NCBI GenBank assembly: GCA_976226885.1
Contig: OZ320321.1
Coordinates: forward strand, 55,428,001-55,492,000
From: Iphione sp. A-MEVVRFRX5
Lineage: Eukaryota
Length of the DNA: 64,000 bases
Direction: 5' to 3'
The first letter of the stretch is position 1; each line of letters opens with the position of its first letter. Made by a program: the position numbers and the translations under genes. Of this stretch, positions 23,544 through 34,608 are shown piece after piece. Below the pieces are notes generated by a model. That model was not told where the DNA came from. It did no database searches and saw only the letters and a list, made by a program, of their open reading frames with translations.

Positions 23544-26500
23544 TTATACAGCCTGGGATGGTGGGTGTGGTGCAATGGGTGGGATGGGGCGTGCCTCCCC
23601 TAGGGGCTTGATGACGGGTGATGAGCGGCCAACCAGTTCAGTGACGAGCACGGTGGGAAGTGCGGCCCGCTTGCGGACCACCTGCAGGGGTCGTCCAGCG
23701 GCATTTGCAAGCAGCTCAGCCTGGCGAGGATACTGCAAACATAGCAACCCACATTCAAACCTAAGAACTGCAGAGCTTCAGTGTCAGACTGGAACTGACA
23801 ATATTGAGACCACTTGGGTGATTGTAAAAATTGTCCTGCCCTTTGCTCTCCTCCTTATTAGTATTTTTAGGACAAAATTCATTGTTTTCTTTTTCTTGAG
23901 TGTGCCTCAGTTTGGTTCTCACCTGCTTAGGGCCCTCACGGACTCGATCACCCTCCTTGACGACAACACCAGGCGCAACATCCATGACTTCCACCTAAAA
24001 GAGCAATAAGATACAACTATCCATATATGCTCCATTTAACCAATTTGTGTCTCTTTTTTTTGGGTTTGCAACTATGCGAGGGAGGATGAAATACACAACA
24101 AACGATCTGAATAACTTTTTTTTCGAATAGCCTCCCCTCTGGGGTTAATGCATATCTGGTCCAATGAACAGAACTAAAAGTGCCTATGTGTACCGCAGTC
24201 GACCGTGGCGCCACCTGGGCTACATCTAAGAGACACCTAGTGTCTGCCTCTGGTACCGAAGATACGTTTGAAACAAACTTTCATGAAAACGTCACCCAGG
24301 ATTGCTGTGCGACTCACCAGTGGAGGTGGTAGAGGAGTGACTCCCTCACGTACTCGGCCCAGTGGCTGTGGTCCTGGAGGAGCCTTCACACCCGACGTAT
24401 CTCGGCTGGCTGCACCATGATGAATCAACACATTTAAATTACAATGAACTTGTGGTGACAACAACAACAAAAACAACTCATTTTTCACATTTATTGGGAC
24501 TAATACTACAGGAACAGATATGCAGAAAAAGAAAACTATGGATAAGGGAAGCTACTAGATGCACAGCTAGATAAGAGCCAAAGACAGGCCGTCAGGCAGA
24601 CAGATGGACTGATAACTGCAAAGGTCAACCATTGGATGGAGGGACATCCACAGCCCCACTTACCAGCTGTAATGGTAACAATCCGGGGTGATGTCTTTGA
24701 CTTTGTCTTGCCTGCTTGTTTCCGACGACCTGTGCGCATGGCCTCCAGTCTCGCCTGGGCTGCCTCCACCTCGGGATCAACCACCTGGAAACCAGTGCGC
24801 ACTCTGGAAAACGTGGATTGATTATTGCTTGAGGTGATATTCCCATGTACCTGTCACGGCTGGTCATGGTCACATTTTCACAATATCGATTTGCAGATGT
24901 AACTGTATAGAACGTGTTACAACCTGACCACTTGCGGATCCAAGTACACACAGAGAAATTTGGCCTTATGAAACCTTAGTTGGACAATGGATTCAATGTG
25001 CTCACTGAAGTTTTGGGAATTTATTTCTGTAGAAGTATGTAGTACAAACTGTACGCCATTTATGAACCTGTACTGATTTGAACTCTCCTGAGGAAATGCT
25101 AGTAAGTATTTTATGTACCTTATGAAGGAATCGAGAATTTTTCTTTAAATCAGTTCCCACCAGTCCCCCTGCCATACAGAGAAGGGTGTAGTTTTGAAAC
25201 GATAACATTATTTTATGCGAGTGAATAACGATATTCAACTGGGACCAGACTAGTGTTTCTTTTTAGTATTACAAGTGTTAAATAGTGTAGATTTAAATAA
25301 AAGACAATGATATGAACAAATATTTACAGCAAATGAAAAAGAAAAACAGACTTTGATATATACTGTCTAGGCGTGTTAGTTGATGAGGTGGTTAAAAAAC
25401 TGAGCATATGGACGGAGTGTAAAAGCGACATGATAGTAGTGTGAACTACATGTATTTAGCAAAGAAGCTTTGTTTATGTAAATCGATATGGAACGACAAT
25501 GAGCAGGAAACTGCGCCATCAGTTATTACCTTTCAAACACCTGGCACTGACCAAGTTTACTTTTACTTGAATTTGAAATGAGAAACAAGAAGAATACTTG
25601 ATATGTACATGTCTGGTACAATTAAAATGCAGATTTATTAAAGATGCACTTATATTACATTGTATAAAACTATTTTAAAGAAAACAATCACTTATCCAGC
25701 AAAAGGAAGTTGGGAATTTCAATCAACATTAGGTGAACAAGTTAGGAAGTAAGGTTAGGTTCATTATGCACTCTTGAGATTGAAGTTAAGGTATGGTATT
25801 TTCGCTTTTTTTCGATTCTATTAATCGTTTTCTCTGCCTACCTGTGCGTGGGCAACTTTCGTGGAATGATCTTCGTCACGGCTACAACGTTACCAGAATC
25901 GTCATACACAACATCCCGGTTGCCTGGAGGTCGGCCTGTTTGCAGCTGCACACAGACAAATTTGAAACTCTGTTTATGTACACTCAGACATGCGGCACAG
26001 AAATAGAAATATGACATTTATAAATAAATGGAGAAAATTACGGCGCACTTTAGCTAACAAACTACATGTATGCATATTTCCATGCAGACAGTGCAAAGGA
26101 AAGACGAGTATCAAATGACTACACGAGTCGGCAAGAAATCTTAACACAGGAATTATAAATTAAAAAAAAAAACAGATGGAGAGGACAGGCCTTGATACTG
26201 AAGCTATGTGTTAAATGTAGGAAATGCTACGTTATAACTGATTGAAAGGACCAATAATATTTCTATACTTAAGCCTTCCGTTGAATACGGCAATTACATT
26301 ATCGTGCACAAAAGGAGGTTTACAAAGGTAATTTCACTGAGGGAAAATCACAGCAAGAAAATGTCTAGGGTTCTATCTATATTTAAAATTATATGCGTTG
26401 TTTAAATGATTCGAAATAGAAAATATATGAACACCTGTATGTGTTTCTGGTGATTATGAAAATAAATCTGCAAGAACATGCTACGAGAACTGACTAAAAG

Positions 26501-29500
26501 CATGCATGGGCTTATGTATAACCTAAAAAGTGGCGAATATGAAACGGTTACCCTAAAGCCATCCTCCTGCAAAATAGATTTTATTGAAGTGTAAGCGTTA
26601 ATTTGCTGGTGACTGTCAAAACTTACCTTCTGTCTCAACTGTAATCAGAAACCAATACATACGAGTAGCAAAACACTTACGTTTCTTACGTGCCATACAA
26701 AGCAGAAGGATTGAAGTCAAAAGTGCAATAATTCCGACAATCTGTTTTGTCATCTATCCTTCATGAAATCTTCCTGGGTAATTCCCGCATTTTAAGATGT
26801 GCAAGAAGTCCCACTCTGTAATTATTAGGATTTAAAGGGGAAGTCGCCGATTCAGTGCAAATCCTCTGAATCTTTACGTACCGTTTTGACTAACGCGGAG
26901 GCAAACATCTTTGTGGACAAAACTATCCAGTACCCACCATACACGTCTGAGAATACAACTGGGCAACATTTTCATTGTATAACTTGATCGTAAATGACTC
27001 GGAAACCATAAGCTTGAAAGGAACTACTTAACAAAGGCAAGTGGTCGCTATGCACACTTCATCTATTAAATGCTCTTAATATCTGTTTCTCGCCAGCTAT
27101 AAAAGCATCGACGGGTGCCGAGAGAAATGAGGGAAATTCATGCATGACTTTTTCTTTAAAGAATTCAGCCAAAAGAAGACAGTGATTGCAGAAGTCATAG
27201 TGAGAGAAAGTCATCGATGCTAGTGACAGCTGTGGAGCCGCTGTATATAGGCTGTACAACACAGATGAAGCATGCAAAGTATACAGTGGAAAGCCACCTT
27301 AGGGACATGTCTCAAATATACGGACTCATCCCTAATAGGGACACTCTTCGGAAGAACAGATTTTATTTGCTACATAATAAAAGAATCCTCTAATCGGGAC
27401 ATGTCTCAATCACGGACAGTTTGGGAAAGAACCAAGAGTGTCCCACATAGAGGCTTTCCACTGTACATGTGTATGTATATATTGTAGATGCTGCCGGCTG
27501 GTCAGCCACTTGACTGACCTTGGCCAACTGGCCGTAGTGTGCCGGGGGTGTCATGGCTGTGTACCCTTCCGTAGTCGGGGAGCTTGAGGCATACAAGTCC
27601 TCATAGCCATTCTGTCAGCATTACATGACATCCAAAGGTGTCAATAACACTCGAGCTTGATCGCCTATTTTAATCGCATAAGGAAGATCCAGGTCCTAGT
27701 ACCATCCCTTGCCAAATTTAATTACCAATTTTAGTTTGAGGGTAAAGTTTCCCTGGAAGATCGACTCAAGCATAGCAACAAATCAAAAATCTTGTTGTCA
27801 CTTTGTTACTGATGTGTACAAACAACATGTATAATATACATGTATGAAATAGCAACCTTTCATGATTTCATACACAGAAAGTCGTGGAGATATTATACAA
27901 GGATAGACAAATAGGTACAACAAGAGAGGAGTTAGATACAGAGACATCGACAGACAGTGGGACAGATAGACAGACAGACGGGACAGACTGATGAGACACC
28001 ATAGAGAGGGGTAGAGATGCGGCAGATCCTATAATTTACCAGTTTGACTAGACTTACCTAGTAAGTTGCTGACAAACTGTAGTTAGTCCTGTCTGAAGGA
28101 GCGGAGTGGGGTCTAAGGGAGATGTACTCGTAGCCATCTGGTGGACGACAGTTTTGAAAGTCTACTGAGCAGGAGGCTCAGGTTTGGCTCCAGAGTCCTG
28201 ATGACGGAGCGGATGTGGAGCCTTATGAACGAAGGCATCTTGATGATGATAGATGTCCTGGGGGAGGGAGTGGAGGGCCCTTAGACCCCACTCCGCTCCT
28301 TCAGACAGGACTAACTACAGTTTGTCAGCAACTTACTAGGTAAGTCTAGTCAAACTGGTAAATTAGTACCTGTCTTCGTCGCTACGTGGCGACTAAGGGA
28401 GAATTGAAAGTCAAGCCAAACTTGAGACTCCGAAGGTGGAAGTTCGTGAAGAGAAAAAACTCTGAAAACGGTTGATAACGTGTTGAACTCGTAAGTCGAC
28501 AGCATAACGTATATACAGCCTGCGGCATGGGTGGTCATCAGCTGATCTTGGGGATGATATCCCTACGGTAGTGGCGAAGGAAGCTGGAATCTGATCGCCA
28601 CATTCCCCAGTCTAGGATGTCCTGGAGGGGGACTCCTTGGGCATGAAGCTTCGAGGCCGCTGCACCTCTCGTGCTGTGGGCTGTATAGATCGTGGTGTCC
28701 ACACCTGCTTCATGCATCACTGCTTTTGCCCACCTGGCAATGGTTGTCTGACCGGTGGGATGATCGCCACAAATAACTTGGAATTCTGATCGCAAAACTC
28801 CTCAGTTTTCTGGAGGTATTGTTTCAAGCAGCGGACGACACATACTCCCTTATCCTGATCACATGGTTGGAGAGTCAGTTTGTTGGTCTTTCGCCCTGGG
28901 GCAGAGTGCTTGAGCACAGAGTGGTACAGGACTGTGACGGACCCGTCTGTGGCGTGGTGGATGTTGGCGCGACGAATCTTGTAGATCGTCTGGGTCCGCC
29001 CACATGTTGCTAAAAGCAACAGCATGTTCGTTTTCAAGGTTAGTTGCTTGAGGGATAATCGGCTGTTGGGCATCCACTCACGCAGCAGTCCTAAGACTAA
29101 GTCCACGTCCCATGTGTTGATGTATTTTGGTCTGGGAGGGCGTAGGTTGAAAAACCCCCTCAGCACCCTTGTGGTGACGTATGCATTGCCAAAAGTCTCT
29201 TGGCCTTGACGAGGTAACACCATCGAAAGAGCTGAACGTGCGGTGTTTAGCGCGTTGTACCGAGCTCCTTGGTCGAAAAGGTGGCATAAGAATTGGATCC
29301 CCTGCTGAGTTGATGCTTGCAAGGGGTTGAAACCCTTAATGACGCAGAAAGTTCTCCATCTGTTGAGATATGATTTATAAACCGCCCTCGTACGCGGCCG
29401 CCAGGATCGTAAGATGTGTTTGCCGATCATGGGGTTAGACGTCATCTGGGTGACTCTTGCAATCATAACCTGACTGCAAGTAGGCTCGAACTGGCGATAT

Positions 29501-32500
29501 GCTGTTGTTGGCATTCCAACGGTCCCTGCAGATTTCCGGGTGTTCGAGGAATGTGCAGGATGGGGTCCTTCGCAAGGGTCTTGAGCAACGGGTACCACCA
29601 TTGCCCTGGCCAGTTTGGTGTTACTAGGATCAGTGAGGCGTGTTCTTGTTGCGCCTTGCGAAGGACCCTGCCGACGAGGCTGAAAGGAGGAAACGCATAT
29701 GGATTAGCGAAACGACTCCAGTTCAATGCAAAAGCATCAATAAAGGTGGCTCCCGGGTCACGGCGCCAGCTAACATAAGCGGGAACCTTGGCATTTAAGC
29801 GTGAAGCAAATAGATCTATGTCTGGGGTACCCCAGGTTCTGATTAATGACTGGAAATTTAAGTCACTGAGTTCCCATTCAATTTCCATATTGAAGTCCCG
29901 GGATAATGTGTCTGCCTGGATGTTGTCTACGCCCGGTAAATGGGTGGCCTGTAGCCAAAGATGTCGTTCCTCCGCAAATTGCCAGATGTGGTGAGCCACC
30001 ACGTTGCAAATGCCCGCTTTAGTGCCTCCCATGTGGTTTATGTAGGAGACCGTGGTCATGTTATCAGACATAACCAGAATGTGGGCATTTCGCTCATCCA
30101 TGCAGAAACATTGTAGTCCGAACAGGACTGCCAGGAGCTCCAGCACATTGATATGAAAAGATCTTTCATGGTCCCCCCAGAGACCCCCTGTATGGAGCCC
30201 TTCATATGTTGCTCCCCATCCCGTAAGCGACGCGTCCGTCGTTAGCGTTGTTGTAGGGGAAGACAACAAGAATGATCGCTGTGCCTGTGGGAGAGCTTGT
30301 GCCCACCATTCTAAATCAAGTCTGGAACGGTAAGTCAGGGTGAAATTACCCTCAAAGGACTTATGTCCCGCCCTCCGTAGTGCCTGGATTTTCCTACGTT
30401 CGAGGTGTTTCAAGTGATTAGGCCCATAGGTGACTGCTTTCGTCAGGTCATTAAGAGACCCTATGAGGGATGCTGCCCTTCTAATTATCGTAGAATTAGC
30501 CCGTAAGAGGTTTTCGATTTTCTGACATGTTTTTTCAATCTTGTCCGCCGTGGGTTTTACCATAGTTGTGCGGGAATCAATGTGATAGCCTAAAAACACT
30601 ATTTCCTGGCTCGGATGCAGTTGGGATTTCTCTTGGTTAATTGTGAATCCCAGCCAGCGCAACCTGTCTAAGACCAGGGTGGTATGGTGATGCGCCTCCT
30701 CCAAGGAGGGGCTAATGACGAGAAGGTCATCCAAATATGCCATAACCGAGATACCCTCTTCTCTACACCATGTTAATAAAGGCTTCATTAATTTCGTGAA
30801 GATGCGGGGTACTGAACAAAGGCCAAAGGGTAATACGTTAAACCGAAAAAGCTGACAGTTCCACTGGAACGTCAGGTATCCCCGGTCTATTGGGGCTATG
30901 GCAACTGAATGGTAAGCATTTTTTAAATCAATTGACGTGAGGAAATCTCCCTGTGATATGGCTAACAAAATGGATTGAAACGTTTCCATTTTAAAATGTT
31001 CTTTTACCAAAAAGCGGTTGAGCGGAGACAAGTCAATGATTAATCGAAACTTCCCATTAGGTTTTGGCTGAAGGAACACATTGGAATGAATTTTGCTTCC
31101 TCCCTTGAGGACACTTTGACTGCGCCAGAAAGTAATAGCTCTGAAACCTGTTGTGACACCACTTCTTGATGTTCCCTGGATAAACAATACTGCCTTGGCA
31201 GTTGTTCCTGGATAGGTTTCGAGCAAAAATGTAACCTTACTCCCTTTACCATCTGGAGGACCTCCTCATTGGATGTGATGCCACACCAATGCTCATAAAA
31301 CATATCAATGGTAGCGTTAGGTGTACTCACCTCTACTGGCCTTTGGGCTGGGGCTTCTGTTGAAACCCCAGCCCCTTCCCGTTTCCCTGACGGGCACTGT
31401 CTGAATTCTCCAGCGGGCTGCGGTAAGTGGTGGAAGATTTGTAATCGGTACGTTGCTTGTTGTAGCGACCTTTGTTGCCTTGGGACCCTTGAGGGTTATT
31501 CTGGCGATTTTTGTTGTAAGGTTCCGACCTGGCGTTGGAATTGGTGGTGTTCTTTGCCTTGAGCTTTCCACCCGCTTTGCCTTTATCAAACTTCTTGATG
31601 AAGCGTTCATCTTCCTCTAGTTCCTTACATTTTTGGCGGAAATTGTCGCCAAAAAGCCAGTCGAGAGAGGGTTTGGCATCTTCCACCAAGCGTTTGTAAG
31701 TGTCCGGAAGGCCCTGTTTGACTTCCAGACGGCGGAGCTTAAGGAGTTCCGATCGATTGGCAGTTTCTAGATTAAGCACGTCTGCCACTACCTTCAGGGA
31801 ATCTTTGATCCACGGGTTCTCCGTTTCGTGCCGCACCAAGTCTTCAGCAAGCCTGGTCACTGCCGTGAACGTGGCATTACAACCGTACATTGCACGTTGT
31901 AACGTTTTTTCCCTGGTGCGTCCCGACGGATACAGATGTAACCACAGCGGGGAGTTAAGTTTGGGGACTTTTAGCTGTTCCACATTAACAGGACGTACAT
32001 ATTTTTCTCTCAGAGTCTTGAGATCATCTGCCTCCATTGGATGTTTGAGCCTGCGATTAGCAAAATTGGCCAACCTGACATGGAGATCCTTGCTGACGGA
32101 CTTGTCCGCTTCAATCTCTCGGGCAAGCTCCTCGAAAAAAGCACCCGTAGCCGTGTCAGTTTCCTCCGACAATTTGTGAAGGTCGGAATCCCTCAATCCA
32201 GAACCAAGGATTTCAGCATCTGACACCGTAGTATGCGATGGCCCAGCTAGGACCTTCTCTAATAGAAGCCGTTTCCCCGCACTGGAGCGGTCAACTGACG
32301 GGGACCGTTTCTCAACACGCTCGACTCGTTTGCCGAGATCATGAATAGCTCCCAAAATTTTATCCAAGGTGCTGTTGGAAGCACCGCTAAGGAGTACTGG
32401 CTCATCGTTGACATCCTCTTTCTCAGAGGCAATGTCCTCCAAATCCGAAGCAGCGTCCGGAATTGAGCCGTCTTCGTGATCGCTGACCTCCGCCATTTTG

Positions 32501-34533
32501 GAATCGGAACGGTCTTGACCAGCGGTCAGCGTCTGACCAAACGTGGAAAAACTGAAGCCACGTATAGTGCTGATGTACAAAACAGTCAGCGGAAGGTGCA
32601 GAAACCTTCCAAATGTAAGAAAAACGTGTCCAACGACGAAGGAATAATCCAGAAAGGTCCGATGACGTTGGATATTCCGAGTGAAATGACGTGTAATCCG
32701 TCCACCTGGCGAAGAACGAGACTTCACTGTCGTCCACCAGATGGCTACGAGTACATCTCCCTTAGTCGCCACGTAGCGACGAAGACAGGTACTAACCACT
32801 GTAGGTGAAAATGGTCAGCTGTGGAAAGAGGACCTGGATCTATGTAAAATGTGAGGGTTAATGTATCATGAAGAGTTCCACACATCTGCCATTTACAACA
32901 ACTGCTATACACATGCACGACCTTACTGGGGTAAACTCTGGGCTGACTGAGGCTGCATTGTAACGCTCACCTTCACGATGGAATGGCAAGAGTTTGGCAT
33001 CTGAAGCATGACTGTGTCGGGTGTCTGAGGGGGCATGGGCTTCATCTCCTCCAGCAGGTTGCGGAATTCTGTGTCTGCGAGGGTCTCTGTCATGTTGCCC
33101 ACGCCGGCCGACCGCAGCTTGCCGCGGTAAGGACGGAACTTGACGTTTCGCCGCCGCGGGTCGCGCCGCTGAAGTCGGAAGACAAAATTACTCAAATTGA
33201 GGGGCACATATAGTCAGTTCAGACTGGCATCACCGATGGTATGATTATCAGAATTCACACCGAGGTGAGACGAAAGGTAAGAGAGGCGTGATCATATAGG
33301 GTATTGAAGTAGGTGGGAAGTAATGATGTATAAGAATCACGCCAACGGGCCTCAAAGTAATAATTCCGATCGTTTTGATTTATCAAGTAAATGAGTCAAG
33401 AAGTAAATATGTAAGTGACGGAGACTAACAGACAGACAGGCAAGCAGGCAAACAGGGTACACGGTTGATCAAAAGTCGACCTGGCACCAAGAAATAAAAT
33501 GAAAAACCAATTAATGTGTTATTTATTTCTCGATTAGCAGTCGCCATACCTGGCGGGGTTCCTGAGTTTCTTCAGGAGTCTCCTCAACGGACTCTTCAGT
33601 GGGAACACTGGACTCCTCATCAGCTGGCTGTTCGTTGGATATATCACTCTCCTCAGCCTGCTCACTAATGGGTGTCGGGCTTCTGTGAGGGACATGAGGA
33701 AATCTTGATTATGTTGCGGAGGAAGAAGTTTATTACAAATCGATCCGCAATCTTTTCCCCATCTCCCTCAAGTTAATGATTTTTTGTTTCTGGGAGAAAA
33801 CACTGACTGTCTACTTTTACATCCAAACACGAATCAGGCACAGCTCAAGGGGCCTGATTGGATGAGTTACTGAAATTACAACAAGGTAAATATGTTCAAA
33901 GATCTACTTTTGAAGCTTTCATGTCGACCTCCACTAATCAGCTGTAACGACCTGCCATGAGTGACATTACAACTAGCTTAAAGCCCCATCTTTCAAAGAA
34001 TGCCGATGCATCCGAACACCCACTGGACTTATCACTCACCTGGGAACTTCTTCTTCTGCTACTTCCTCGAGTTCTTCTGCTTTCGGTGTAGGTGTACTTA
34101 TTCGCCTCGGTACCGAGCCTTGAGCCCAGCAGTCCGTCATGGCCGGTTCAGGCTCTGAATTTCAAGGAAGGATACTACATACGGAATTCATGAAATGTTG
34201 GAGTGCTTCTTGAGTGAAAGTATTTTATCATGTGAGAGGAAACTCCTCGTCATAACTCACTAGATAAACGGAGCTAACAAGATGCAGCACTTTTATTTTC
34301 TGTAAACATATTTTTGTATGAGTAATTCATATGTCATTTAAAATGTTACGGGAGAGGGACTTTTACCTTCATCTTCTTGCCATCCTACGTCCAGTTCAAT
34401 TTTACCTTCTCCACTGTCAGAGGACAAGAACTGCCACTGAAATATAAATGTTGAGTGATTGCGGTAAATTGATATGACTTGTACAGAGTGTAACGTTAAT
34501 CAGGAAATAACACCTTGGGTCATTTTATTTTCC

Positions 34534-34608
<75 letters not shown>

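Larger units (their letters stand above)
28032..32795 (-). mobile_element. DIRS-type tyrosine-recombinase retrotransposon A, complete termini, in an intron of the C2orf81-like gene
   Basis: 40-bp inverted match 28113-28152 with 32726-32765. ICR 28278-28402 is complementary to both the 3' end (28032-28119) and the 5' end (32756-32795). Contains gag, RT-RH-MT and YR ORFs. Confidence 0.95.

Noticed and set aside
23419-24009. 196-aa plus-strand ORF
   Set aside because: Antisense shadow of the last C2orf81-like exons and introns.
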